From positions 30,121-94,120 of IMG/VR virus record IMGVR_UViG_3300009703_000007: a stretch of DNA of 64,000 nt, one strand, 5' to 3'. The notes under the pieces were generated by a model. It searched no databases. It was not told where the DNA came from and saw only the letters and a program-made list of their open reading frames with translations. The first letter of the stretch is position 1. The number at the start of each line of letters is the position of its first letter. Positions 37,916 through 48,265 of the stretch are shown in pieces. The position numbers and the translations under genes were made by a program. This stretch comes from a virus (taxonomy: Duplodnaviria > Heunggongvirae > Uroviricota > Caudoviricetes).

Positions 37916-39982
37916 TTACTTGCTCTCACCTCGAGCGAACACGGATGCCACGTACGCCAGGGCGTCCTTGGCGCAAACCTTGCAGTACCCGTGATCAGAG
38001 ACCAGACGCGCCTTTACGACGTCGATCTTCTCCTGTGTATCTTCGGACACGGCACCAGGGGTGACGAGCGAAGACAAGTGGACGACGTCCTTCTGCTTGT
38101 CGAACAGATATCGCTCCACCGCACGACGCATGTTGTCGTTCGTGGTGTAGTCGATGACCTTTCCCTTACGTTGCTGAATACCGATCCAGGACATCAGCTG
38201 CCCGCGATGGTCGGACTTGTTGGAGGTGTGAACCTCCGCCATGGCCTCGATCGCCGACATGAACTTCTCGTCCGGCTCTTCATCCTTCCCTGTGGTTGGG
38301 TTGCGGATCTTCTCCTTCGAGATGTACGCCGAGATGGAATCGATGTATCGTTCGAACACCTGCTGAGCCTGAGCCGGATCCGCGGCGATTGCTCGCTGCA
38401 CATCCGTCTGAGCCTTCTCCTTGTACTCACCCTCTACCTGCTCCAGCAGGGTCATGAATTGCTCTCGCTCGTCAGCGCTGGCGAGAGGGAGTCGTGAAAG
38501 AACGCGCTTTGTATCCTGGAAGAAGTTCCAAGGGTTGACGCACCCCTTCACCGTGTTTCGAGTGATGACGTTGTCGAAGACGTCCTGGAGGGTGCGCGGA
38601 GAAATGCCTCTGTCCATGCCCTCTCGCTTGCCGGCCTTTCGCATCTCCTTTACGGTTTCGTCCGTGAAGCCGTCGACGTGCTGTCCGTCGTAGAGCTTGA
38701 CCTTCTGCATGACGGTGACGACTCCACCCTTCGGCTCGTCCAATCGAGATGCCACAGCGAACATAGCCGCCATGTCGTAGGTGTGGGGGGCGATGTGCAC
38801 CCCACGGTCCTTGATATCTCGTTCGTAGATGCGGGCTTCCTGCGACATCTTCGTCACGTATGGGATCTCCATCGCTACCGTTCGGTTGCGCAGAGCCTCC
38901 ATGTATTCATCCGACTCCAACTTCTTGAGCTCTGGCTCGTTGTTGTGGCCGAGGATGACTGTGTCTACCGAGCACTGGGCGAACTTCTTCGGCTTGATCA
39001 TACCTTCTTCCGAAGCCGTGAGCAGGTCGTAGAGGAACGCTGTGTCCAGCTTCAACAATTCGACGAATTCGATGATGCCTCGGTTGGCCACCTGGAATTC
39101 TCCGTCGAAGTTGAAGGCACGTGGATCCGAATCGGAACCGTACACCGCGATCTTCCGGTAATTGAGGGAACCTGTCAGCTCAGTGGCATCCTGGTTCTTC
39201 TCGTCCTTCGGCTGGAAGGTACCGATGCCGGACCGGTTCGACTCGCTCAGGAACATCCGTGTGACCACGACGTGGTCGGCCAGCTTGGACCAGTCGCCCT
39301 TGAGCGCCGTCATCAACTTGGTGTAGACCAGGTTGGACAGAGGGTCCAGATCTCCCTTGAACGTCACCCGGCCCTTGCCGCCGGCCTTGACCGCTTCGAC
39401 GAAGGCCTGGCGGTTGTCTGGGTCGATGACGTAAATAGGGTCGTGGCTCATGGGAGCCTTGATCTCACGTACACCCTTTCCGAAGATCTCGTCGTAGTCG
39501 GCCTCTGCGAGGTGCTTGGTACGCACCCACTTGAACGTGTAGAGACGGCCTTCTCGAGTACGGCTGTACGCAGCTAGGCCCTTCTTGAATAGGCGGGCGA
39601 TCGTGGACTTCGCCGAGCCCACAGGACCATGGAGAAGCAGGATGCGCTTCGCCGTAGCGCCACCGTTGGCTGCCGACTGCAGCTTGGTCATGAGGCGCTC
39701 GATGTGGATCTCCGCACCGTACAGCGCGTCCGCTCCGTCGAAGGGGTCTCGGAAGAAGAGGAACTCCGTGTGCTTCCTCCCGAACTCGGTGAACACCTCG
39801 GTACCGTGCGACATGATCATGTCGAACAGTCGAGCATGCGCTCTTCGGCTGAGCGTAGGCTCTGCGTAAACTGCGTTGAGGTACTCCGGTAGGGTAAGGG
39901 TTTCCTCCAGAGCGGAGGTTTCCATTCCAGCTCGTCCACCCTGAATCATCGCCAGAGCGTCGAATACTGTCTTTTTAGCCAT
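37916..39982 (-). CDS. prkA: PrkA/YeaG family AAA+ ATPase (annotated serine kinase family)
   Basis: Walker A LLHGPVGSAKST, DPRAFNFDGEFQVANRGIIEFVELLK, GISPR; first gene of the canonical triad. Confidence 0.92.
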   Translation of the reverse strand: MAKKTVFDALAMIQGGRAGMETSALEETLTLPEYLNAVYAEPTLSRRAHARLFDMIMSHGTEVFTEFGRKHTEFLFFRDPFDGADALYGAEIHIERLMTKLQSAANGGATAKRILLLHGPVGSAKSTIARLFKKGLAAYSRTREGRLYTFKWVRTKHLAEADYDEIFGKGVREIKAPMSHDPIYVIDPDNRQAFVEAVKAGGKGRVTFKGDLDPLSNLVYTKLMTALKGDWSKLADHVVVTRMFLSESNRSGIGTFQPKDEKNQDATELTGSLNYRKIAVYGSDSDPRAFNFDGEFQVANRGIIEFVELLKLDTAFLYDLLTASEEGMIKPKKFAQCSVDTVILGHNNEPELKKLESDEYMEALRNRTVAMEIPYVTKMSQEARIYERDIKDRGVHIAPHTYDMAAMFAVASRLDEPKGGVVTVMQKVKLYDGQHVDGFTDETVKEMRKAGKREGMDRGISPRTLQDVFDNVITRNTVKGCVNPWNFFQDTKRVLSRLPLASADEREQFMTLLEQVEGEYKEKAQTDVQRAIAADPAQAQQVFERYIDSISAYISKEKIRNPTTGKDEEPDEKFMSAIEAMAEVHTSNKSDHRGQLMSWIGIQQRKGKVIDYTTNDNMRRAVERYLFDKQKDVVHLSSLVTPGAVSEDTQEKIDVVKARLVSDHGYCKVCAKDALAYVASVFARGESK

Positions 39983-40075
39983 TGAGATTCTCTCCTGGTT
40001 GTACGTCCTGGCTTGGACGCGCCTGTATAAGCATGTACTTATACCAATAAAAGGTATTAATTACGCTGGAGTGGT

Positions 40076-41407
40076 ATGCTATACTACAGCAGTATGGCTA
40101 CCTACGGAGATCGTGAGCTCGAGCTCAACATGACGGGCGACGATGTACAAGAATTACAAATAAAATTGGGTGGATGGTTTGGGGCCTATCCTGCTGAGAA
40201 GCCTAGGTGGGACGGTGTTTTTGACACAGCCACTGAGAACGCTGTGATAAGGTTTCAGCTAGCACATAACTTACCCGACACCGGCGTAGTAGACCACTGG
40301 ACGTTCACCCGGCTGGATCAGGAAGCTGCTGATCACTTCTTTTCTCTGGCACAGTATATGTGTCCAACCAAGACCAACGGCTGCAAAGGGTTTGGGACAA
40401 ACCGCAACTCGTTTACTCACGTGAGCGACTCCGGGTCTACGAGCACCATACTCATCCCCGGAGGAGAGGCTGCAGGTGTGAGTAAGGTACTTATATGGAT
40501 GCTACGCGGCCTCTTGGCACGTGCTGAGAGTTCTTACTACAACGTTCCAGGAGGCGGCTACAGATGCGCCTACGACAACGAAGCTAAGAACAGAACCACT
40601 ACCAACCACATTGGTAATGCTATTGACGTAAAGCCGTTCAAAGACGACTGGTCTGAGGCCCCTTTATACGAGGAACAGACGGTCATGGGGGAAACTATAT
40701 CCGTCAAGTATACAGACGCCACTCGAAATTTTCGGCTCGTATGTAACGCCGCAGGCATCCCTTCAGATATAAGAGCATCGGATGTTGTCTACATGGAGAG
40801 GGATGTACCTCTTACCCCTGCCGGATACTACTCGTCTACGTGGGTGCACCTGGACGTTAGAACAGCCTTGGATGGTATAGGTGGCCACCCTGCGGATTGG
40901 TACGCTACCACATACACTGAGCTCAACGCACCGCTTTACCAGGGTCAGCTCTTGATCTTTGCGTCAGCGGAGCCGCCTCCAGCACCACCAGCACCGCCAC
41001 TGTACGGTAGTCAGGCAGAAGAATTCGTGGCTGCTGCTGCGGCCAGCACCTTGGAAGAGTGGAATGTTTATATGGCGTCTGAGGCATCTAGGTTGGAAGC
41101 GTCCACCAGCTCCTTGGCGGGAGATATCGACCCTGCCATAGTGGCTGCAGCAGGCCTGCCGGAAGAGTTGGTCAACCTGGCGCACGAGGTAGGTATCAAT
41201 GGAGTCCTGGCTATAGCCTACGACCGAGCAGACGTCATAGAGGCAGCTAGGCGTTCATACATTCTTTCACAACATACTAGAGACGATTACAGGTCTTTCA
41301 GCAGACTAACGAACGATAAACTAGTGTCGGCTCTAGACGCTAGTAACGCGCTGTTCCGCAGACGCTTCGAGAACTATAGCTTGCCAGCAGAGGACTGCAA
41401 TGCCTAG
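40076..41407 (+). CDS. peptidoglycan-binding domain + M15-type Zn peptidase (virion-associated hydrolase candidate)
   Basis: GDDVQELQIKL...DGVFDTATENAVIRFQLAHNLPDTGVVD (PG_binding_1); NHIGNAID (H-x6-D) and WVHLDVR; likely start 40094. Confidence 0.75.
   Translation: MLYYSSMATYGDRELELNMTGDDVQELQIKLGGWFGAYPAEKPRWDGVFDTATENAVIRFQLAHNLPDTGVVDHWTFTRLDQEAADHFFSLAQYMCPTKTNGCKGFGTNRNSFTHVSDSGSTSTILIPGGEAAGVSKVLIWMLRGLLARAESSYYNVPGGGYRCAYDNEAKNRTTTNHIGNAIDVKPFKDDWSEAPLYEEQTVMGETISVKYTDATRNFRLVCNAAGIPSDIRASDVVYMERDVPLTPAGYYSSTWVHLDVRTALDGIGGHPADWYATTYTELNAPLYQGQLLIFASAEPPPAPPAPPLYGSQAEEFVAAAAASTLEEWNVYMASEASRLEASTSSLAGDIDPAIVAAAGLPEELVNLAHEVGINGVLAIAYDRADVIEAARRSYILSQHTRDDYRSFSRLTNDKLVSALDASNALFRRRFENYSLPAEDCNA
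40077..40085 (+). promoter_or_regulatory. extended -10 promoter element TGCTATACT
   Basis: TGn-TATACT ending 8 nt before the likely ATG at 40094. Confidence 0.45.
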
Positions 41408-41825
41408 AGATCTTCACTTATCTGGAATTGACGGCGGCTCTGGACTGTACTGGGCAGGCTACGTCAACGAATTCGCAAGCGGCTTCCAGGCTACTATCAA
41501 CCATTTCATGAAAGTGTTGTTGACTGTGAAAGGATCCAACCCGTTTGCTCCCTCGGAGGGCACAGCCTTCGCGGAGCTGCCTGGGTCCAATATGGGCAAC
41601 CGGATGGATCTGGTGCGGTCTATAATTGTTGAGGCTGTAAAAGACGCTGAAACTTCTGTCAAAAGGAATCAGGCCAAGGAGCCTCTACTAGCTACGGAAC
41701 GTCTTCGCTCTGCGTCTATAGAATCCCTTACTGCAGTGGGACAAGACGGCTTTACTGTACACGTAAAATTAGAGAATCAAGCAGGTCAAAGGCTCCTGAC
41801 ACTGCTACCACACGTGAGTTTGTAG
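41400..41825 (+). CDS. baseplate wedge protein gp25-like
   Basis: 141 aa; LLTVKGSNPFAPSEGT...ERLRSASI; precedes the J-like gene. Confidence 0.7.
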   Translation: MPRDLHLSGIDGGSGLYWAGYVNEFASGFQATINHFMKVLLTVKGSNPFAPSEGTAFAELPGSNMGNRMDLVRSIIVEAVKDAETSVKRNQAKEPLLATERLRSASIESLTAVGQDGFTVHVKLENQAGQRLLTLLPHVSL

Positions 41826-41826
41826 A

Positions 41827-43419
41827 ATGGCGAATAATATTTCCCCGAGCGTAGTAACTGCAGCAGAGTCACTGCTGGTTCAGGTTATGCGTGACAAGTA
41901 TCCCAGCGAAAACTGGTCCCCCAACTCAGCCCTACGTGATTTGGTGGTGCGTACACTGGCATACGGCCTAGCTTACTTGGACACTACCAAAGACTATGTA
42001 TTGGAGCGAAGTAACGTAGCCAACCTGTCCAACCTGGAAGATGCTGCTGCCATCGCTGCTGCTGATGCCTTGCTGTCTAACTTTTTTATAACAAGAAATA
42101 CCGGCGATGCTTCAAGTGGTGTAATAACGGTATACCTGAGTAAGAAGGTAGATGTTCTAGTCAAGTCGTCTACTAGATTTTTCAAGACATCCAGCGACCC
42201 ATTTCACATCACAACACAAGTAGATACTGTTTTTCCTGCTACGCAGCTACACACGGTAACAGACGGCGACGGTAATGAACTGGAGTACTGGTTCAACCTT
42301 CCCGTAACCTCAGATGAGGATGATGCTCCTGCTACCATACCTGCGGGTATATGGGAGTCGTGGACACCTTTCAACGCCTACGTCTCACGTGTTGAGAACC
42401 TTGTGGACTTCTCAAACGGTGTGGGAGTTGAAACCAATGAAGCGTTCATAGCCCGTGCTAAGGACGCGCTTACAGTGCGTAACCTGGTAAGCGATCGGTC
42501 CGTAAACACGATTCTGTTGGACGAATTCTCCTCTGTTACACGTACTATCTCTGTCGGTGCAGGAGAGGCAGAGCAGATGCGGGACAAAGTAGTAGTGACG
42601 TCCTGGGGCTTGGATCTGCACACAGGAGGGTTCGTCGACACTTGGTTGTGGCTCCCCATCGTGGAGGATCAGGTTCATAGTGAGCTTGTGGGTGTGTCAC
42701 AGGAACTCGACATAGGGTCTGTGACGGATGTGGTCTACAGGGTCAAGAGGGCCTACTGGGTCAACGGATCAGGTGATGAAGTAGACCTCACGTACACCAA
42801 CGAGCTCACAGCAGATCCTGGAGAATTCAGGCTGATCTACGATACTGATTCCAGTCTGTCGTTTTCCATGAGTAACGTACCCAAGGTGATTGTTGGGTCA
42901 GACGTAGTGGGCGAGACCGTGTTTCTTGTCTATGATACCGTTTCCGGCCTGCCCAGCGTTGATACTTTTGTTACCAACCGTACCAATCGTGTACTCTGCT
43001 CCAACCATTTACCGAAGGCTGCCATACCTGTTTACGTCACAGCTAATATACAATATGTAGTCAAAGAAGACGCCACCGAAGTACTCAATGAGGCCACTGT
43101 AGCTGCAGGAGTAGCGTCCTACATAAACACTATAGGAAGTGACTTATACGTGTCCAACGTGATTGCGTATATCTTGGACAATTGGGGGCACATCATAGAA
43201 AACGTGCGAACGCCCCTCAACGTAAACTATGTGCTGTGGTCTACAGAAGGGAAGCGTATCGCTTATACTACGACCAACAAAGTAGAGCTGAGAGAAGATC
43301 TACTAGCGGACGTGATACCAGATCCGTACCCTGATCCTGCAGCGTTCTCCATGTCATCCCGGCTCATGCGTTTCGTAGCTTCAGCGTCTGGGATCACCGT
43401 CACCCTCGACGCGAGCTAA
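41827..43419 (+). CDS. baseplate J-like (gp6-like) wedge protein
   Basis: 530 aa; PNSALRDLV, NGVGVETNEAFIARAKDAL; follows gp25. Confidence 0.75.
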   Translation: MANNISPSVVTAAESLLVQVMRDKYPSENWSPNSALRDLVVRTLAYGLAYLDTTKDYVLERSNVANLSNLEDAAAIAAADALLSNFFITRNTGDASSGVITVYLSKKVDVLVKSSTRFFKTSSDPFHITTQVDTVFPATQLHTVTDGDGNELEYWFNLPVTSDEDDAPATIPAGIWESWTPFNAYVSRVENLVDFSNGVGVETNEAFIARAKDALTVRNLVSDRSVNTILLDEFSSVTRTISVGAGEAEQMRDKVVVTSWGLDLHTGGFVDTWLWLPIVEDQVHSELVGVSQELDIGSVTDVVYRVKRAYWVNGSGDEVDLTYTNELTADPGEFRLIYDTDSSLSFSMSNVPKVIVGSDVVGETVFLVYDTVSGLPSVDTFVTNRTNRVLCSNHLPKAAIPVYVTANIQYVVKEDATEVLNEATVAAGVASYINTIGSDLYVSNVIAYILDNWGHIIENVRTPLNVNYVLWSTEGKRIAYTTTNKVELREDLLADVIPDPYPDPAAFSMSSRLMRFVASASGITVTLDAS

Positions 43420-43422
43420 ACT

Positions 43423-45798
43423 ATGGCGATCATAGGTTCCAATACCGCAGAGACTCTACTTCGTGGGGTGGGTAGCTTTTGGACACAACACTTCAAGGGA
43501 CAAGACGTACTAGAGACGCTACTGCAAGGTGTTGAGACCAACATAGCACAGTCCTACCTGGATATTGTTACTGTACTGGCCCAGCATAGTATCGATAGCG
43601 ACGTGTTGTTGGAGAACGATCTATGGCTTTTGCTGGACCTGAATCCAGATGAATTCTACGCCGACCCATCTGCTCCAGGATCCTTCAGGGTACCTCACAA
43701 TAGCGACTTGGTAAACGTTAGGTTCCTACAAGACCGGATCATGTACCCTACCGTTTCTTACGAGATGGGTTACGACTTTACCGTCGACGGTACTGAGCTG
43801 GTCTTCACGTCCAACATACACTCGCCAATAGCCAACGGAATACCATTCTACATTGACGCCAATGGGGACACGCGGATACTGCTCTGGGCGCAGGACGCTA
43901 AGGTAGAGACGTACGCTCTGTACGAGAAGTTCGGACGTTTCCTGGATATCCCTAAGGACCTTTCGACAGAAGATTACCGTCTACTTATACGGGGAATAAT
44001 GGCGCTGTACGTAAACGGGCCCACGTTGGCAATGATGGAATCCGCGTTGAACGTAATAGCAGCGTTGCCCATCAATACGCAGCCAGATGGAGTGGTAACA
44101 GCCGTAGACCCTGCGTGGGCGGGAGGTACGTTGATCACTGTAACCAGTGCTGCTGCAGATACGCTGAATCCCCCTGTAGTTCAATACGTGTTGCCCTTCG
44201 GTGTACCGTTGGACCCTGTGATAGTCCCAACATACGTACTAGCAGAGAGTGAGTCGTTTTCTTCGGTGTTCACCGTGACGGACTATGTAGAGACGCCTTT
44301 GTGGTGGGAGGAGAACTACATACCCAACGTGTTGGCGCCTACTATGGCGCTTAATCTACGCAGGTCTAGAGCAGGGTTATACGCTCTTTACTATGCGGAC
44401 GTCCATGAAGAGATCAAAGGGTGGACCGACATCGATACTACAACAGGACTCCCTGCTACAGACTTTGTTGCACTAGGTGTGGTTCCTGGTGACATACTGT
44501 GGGTAGGAGAAGTGGGGTTTGAGGAGCCTTTTACTATAACCGCAGTAGGCCCAGACACGCATGTAATGCAGTTCACACCCAGCCTAGATGAGGACTACGT
44601 CTCTGACGGAAGGTTCTCTATCGGCACAATGGTGGATCCTGTAGCCAAGAAGGCTATAGCTACCAACGGACGTACTCTTAGATTTGGAGGTATCTATTAT
44701 GGTATGCCTGAACCAGAGGGAGTCTACGGAGGGCTATGGACGCACAACCTAGCGTGGTTCCTGTGGAATCACTTACTCAAGTATCACGTGTTCATGGTAC
44801 TGTTCGACGACGATGTGGTTACTAGTGACAACATCAAATTCATAGCAGACACCGTATACAACGGTAAACCGTCTCACACACTGCCTGTGATCATACCTTG
44901 GTCGGCATTCAGCGACACCGTCAACCCAGACGACGCTCTGGATATCACAGTTACGTTGACCCTCAGTGAGACCATGGCTGGTCCGGACAATACCTTGGTA
45001 TATGGTTCAGATGAGCTGTACAACGAGCCCTTAGTATACTACGGGATGATGGATCGTGACTACAGTGTCGGAGCTGCTGCGGGTCCTCCGGCTACGTCAC
45101 CAGCCACAGCAGAGGCGGCATACAGCGGTACTGTCGTAGCTACGTACACAGATGCAATGCCTTTTGATCATGACTACACCTACCCCACTTCGGACGGAGT
45201 GATAAGTGAAGCTGACGCAGTATTCGACGGGTGGGACTACACCAACAACGGAGAGCTTACAAGCCTTAAGGATTTTACAACCGGCACTGACCGTGTTGAA
45301 ATTGTCATGGCCGCTTCAGTCAACGATTTCAATGGCACCACTCGAACGTCAGCGTACCTGACAGAGCTCATAGACAACCCCTTGTCGATCGAGATGAAGT
45401 TCGACGCTACCTCTGCTGGGGCAGGTTCAGGAATTGGTCTGTTGTTCCTGGACCCCAACGACAACGACAACTGGTCGGGTATATTCGGGTTCGAGAACGC
45501 AGGAGATATAGACTTTGAGGCTAGAGATACCCGGGCTGGCACGACGGATGTAGAAGCTTCAGCGTCACTTACTACCCCAACTACGTGGTGGATGAAAGTA
45601 GAAAGAACTTTCGCTGATCACGACACCTTCGACGTATACTACAAAGAAGACGATGTAGATTCGTGGATCAGCCTAAATAGTGAAGTTAACGGATTAATCT
45701 CCAACGATACGCAAATATGCTTAGTGGCGTACAACCCATCCGGCAACGCGGGAACCATAGACATTCTCGAACTTGAAATGACAGTTCGGGTTAGCTAG
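43423..45798 (+). CDS. baseplate wedge protein (gpI/gp7-like) with C-terminal beta-sandwich domain
   Basis: 791 aa after the J-like gene; EDYRLLIRGIMALYVNGPT. Confidence 0.55.
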   Translation: MAIIGSNTAETLLRGVGSFWTQHFKGQDVLETLLQGVETNIAQSYLDIVTVLAQHSIDSDVLLENDLWLLLDLNPDEFYADPSAPGSFRVPHNSDLVNVRFLQDRIMYPTVSYEMGYDFTVDGTELVFTSNIHSPIANGIPFYIDANGDTRILLWAQDAKVETYALYEKFGRFLDIPKDLSTEDYRLLIRGIMALYVNGPTLAMMESALNVIAALPINTQPDGVVTAVDPAWAGGTLITVTSAAADTLNPPVVQYVLPFGVPLDPVIVPTYVLAESESFSSVFTVTDYVETPLWWEENYIPNVLAPTMALNLRRSRAGLYALYYADVHEEIKGWTDIDTTTGLPATDFVALGVVPGDILWVGEVGFEEPFTITAVGPDTHVMQFTPSLDEDYVSDGRFSIGTMVDPVAKKAIATNGRTLRFGGIYYGMPEPEGVYGGLWTHNLAWFLWNHLLKYHVFMVLFDDDVVTSDNIKFIADTVYNGKPSHTLPVIIPWSAFSDTVNPDDALDITVTLTLSETMAGPDNTLVYGSDELYNEPLVYYGMMDRDYSVGAAAGPPATSPATAEAAYSGTVVATYTDAMPFDHDYTYPTSDGVISEADAVFDGWDYTNNGELTSLKDFTTGTDRVEIVMAASVNDFNGTTRTSAYLTELIDNPLSIEMKFDATSAGAGSGIGLLFLDPNDNDNWSGIFGFENAGDIDFEARDTRAGTTDVEASASLTTPTTWWMKVERTFADHDTFDVYYKEDDVDSWISLNSEVNGLISNDTQICLVAYNPSGNAGTIDILELEMTVRVS

Positions 45799-45812
45799 AA
45801 TCAGGTAGTTTA

Positions 45813-46436
45813 ATGTTCATAAAGAAACTAGTAAGCTTACTACGAAAGCATAAGACGCAGAGCCGAAAACTCCAGGAGGCTCCTCTGCTTCAGGGTGTAG
45901 TGTCGATTCACGCATGGGATGTCAATACGGGCAAGACCGTGGCATCCATGAAGAACCATAACCTACTCACGTACAACGAAAGAGATATCCTGATCGAGCT
46001 ACTTGGCAACATACAGCTGGGCCTGACTACGTACGCTCAAGACAACGGCGGTCTGTCTCCGGACGGTAACCGACGTTGGCTCAAGTGGTTCGCTGTTGGT
46101 GACGGTAACACGGCAGCTGCTCGTACAGACCTGGCATTGGACAACGAACTCCTTAAAATGGAGATCACGTCGTACGGTACGGCTACCAAGGTGGCCAACG
46201 CTCTTCAGATAGATATCAGCATACCAGCTACTGACAGTGGAGGTGACGTAGACACGCTCCTCAACGGTAACACGCTAGAAGAGGTGGGGCTGTTTACCAT
46301 AGCCTTGGACGAGAACGCTCCCGGTGTGCCTGGACCAACAGGGAACGAAGTTATGTTCTCGAGACAGGTGCACCCCGGCATTCCCAAGACATCTTCAATT
46401 CAAGTAGACTACACCTACTCCATTTTCTTCACCTAA
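45813..46436 (+). CDS. tail fibre attachment/baseplate protein
   Basis: 207 aa; NLLTYNER...FAVGDGNTAAARTDLALDNEL...LEEVGLF pattern typical of fibre-proximal proteins. Confidence 0.55.
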   Translation: MFIKKLVSLLRKHKTQSRKLQEAPLLQGVVSIHAWDVNTGKTVASMKNHNLLTYNERDILIELLGNIQLGLTTYAQDNGGLSPDGNRRWLKWFAVGDGNTAAARTDLALDNELLKMEITSYGTATKVANALQIDISIPATDSGGDVDTLLNGNTLEEVGLFTIALDENAPGVPGPTGNEVMFSRQVHPGIPKTSSIQVDYTYSIFFT

Positions 46437-46448
46437 GAGATATAAGAC

Positions 46449-48260
46449 ATGCCACTTACTTTTGCCGATGGCGGCAACATCCAGAATGTCACCAACACGG
46501 AGCCGGTCAACGCTACAGTAGCAAACCGCCCTCATGATATTCTCAAGACGAGAACGGAGGAGATTGAAACCTTTGTAGAAGAGTCTGAGTCTCTGGAGAT
46601 CATGGCCAGGGGACTTGCTCCTCATTGCGACGAGGTTATATCCTGGGGTGGTCCACTAGACGGTACTGGCGACGGCCTACTAGTGATAGGCAACAATGCC
46701 TCTGGGGAGCTTAGGTTTTCAGAGCCGGGTAACGCCGACGCGGTGTACAAGATACCCTATAACGAACTAGCGGGGTACTTTGCCGCGGATCCTGTAAGCA
46801 ACCCTCTCAACGAAGGTGAAGTACTCTACTTCGACCTAACTGATTTTGCAGGACGCTCAAGCGCTACTTTCCCACTTACAATACTAACTGCGTCGATAGG
46901 TAAGGGGACTTCAGTAGGTAAGTATCAGCTTCCAATTGGAAAGGTGTACGATGACGACTTCATCTTCGCATGGTCAGGAGACCTGCTAGCTCAAGGAGCT
47001 TCCGGGTACCTAGGTTCTTACGGTGCCACGTCGTCCTGGGCTTACGGTGATGACTACACTTTGGTAGGTGAGCTGAGATTTACGGAGAACGCTGGAGGAG
47101 TTGAAGTAACACCTACAACCATCGACACCGACATCAATTTCTCCAATAAGTACTCAATAGCACACAATCGTATCGCGTTTGGATCAGTAGCTGTAACCCT
47201 GGCACAGGATGAACTTGCCTACGTTGACCTCGACTTGGGCTCTGATGGCGCGTTGCTTACCGTGTCCAAGGCGGCGTACGGCAGCTACACTCCAGACCCC
47301 CTTAGAATTCCTTTGTGGGCTCGCGGAAATGCTGCTACGGAAACTGAGGTAGGTGCCAAGACGATACACGTATTTGGCACAGGTGATACAGTTATACTAC
47401 CCACGGGTGTAGGTCTAACAACAGGTTACGCTTATGGGCTAGGTCCGACCAACGTAAAGATCGGGTCTTCCGTACTCGACGACAAGGGCGCGCTTATATT
47501 CGAACAGAATGTAGGCGGAGCAGGTGCAGGTATCATTCACGACGGTGAGTGGGATGTCAAGGGACCCAACGCTACGATTACGCACACAGATGCGTCGGGT
47601 AAGGTCACCCACAGCTACGACGTACTGGGCGTGGAGTTGGAGCTGCCTGATACAGGAACGCTTAAGGTCATACAAGCAGGTGGAGGTACTGGCGTCAACG
47701 TTGAAATGGCCGGTACAGCTACTGCAGGACTAGGGTTTGTCGCGACAGCAGGCGGGCTTCAGCTGGGTAGCACTTCAGGAAAGTTGGAGTACACGTCCGC
47801 CAGAGGCTCAATGGTCTCTACTCTTGCAGCCTGTGGGTTCAAACACAACCCGAACCACAGCCCCTCTATAGCAGACGGCGCCTACTGGGCTATAGACGGT
47901 AATGTAGACCCTACGTGTACGTTCTACATAGATCCACGACCGTACTTTGTTGCAGGGGGAACAATCACCGACATCTACTTATTCGGTTCTAGCGATGACA
48001 TAGCATCCAACCTTGAGTTCTATCTGTACAGTAAGACAGGTTCGGCTGCTTCGTGGACTACAGAATCAACGGATAACGGAACAACAGGTTCTGGAGTCTT
48101 GACCACAATCGACACGGTACCTGAAACGGGCTTGTCTATAACCGCGGCTACCAACAAGTTCTGGGGTATCAAGGTCGTAGTGACGACAGCGGTCAACCAG
48201 CTGTCAAGATTCTACGGAATGGAGATCGACTACAAATTCACGGAGTTCCTCCCAGGATAG
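46449..48260 (+). CDS. tail fibre/receptor-binding protein
   Basis: 603 aa; EPVNATVANRPHDILKTRT N-terminus, Gly/Thr-rich body, beta-sandwich-like C-terminus. Confidence 0.6.
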   Translation: MPLTFADGGNIQNVTNTEPVNATVANRPHDILKTRTEEIETFVEESESLEIMARGLAPHCDEVISWGGPLDGTGDGLLVIGNNASGELRFSEPGNADAVYKIPYNELAGYFAADPVSNPLNEGEVLYFDLTDFAGRSSATFPLTILTASIGKGTSVGKYQLPIGKVYDDDFIFAWSGDLLAQGASGYLGSYGATSSWAYGDDYTLVGELRFTENAGGVEVTPTTIDTDINFSNKYSIAHNRIAFGSVAVTLAQDELAYVDLDLGSDGALLTVSKAAYGSYTPDPLRIPLWARGNAATETEVGAKTIHVFGTGDTVILPTGVGLTTGYAYGLGPTNVKIGSSVLDDKGALIFEQNVGGAGAGIIHDGEWDVKGPNATITHTDASGKVTHSYDVLGVELELPDTGTLKVIQAGGGTGVNVEMAGTATAGLGFVATAGGLQLGSTSGKLEYTSARGSMVSTLAACGFKHNPNHSPSIADGAYWAIDGNVDPTCTFYIDPRPYFVAGGTITDIYLFGSSDDIASNLEFYLYSKTGSAASWTTESTDNGTTGSGVLTTIDTVPETGLSITAATNKFWGIKVVVTTAVNQLSRFYGMEIDYKFTEFLPG

Positions 48261-48265
48261 CAGTT

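Noticed and set aside
35506-39577. Long + strand ORFs (302 aa at 35506-36414, 299 aa at 38678-39577)
   Set aside because: Antisense shadows of spoVR and prkA caused by codon bias; no motifs.
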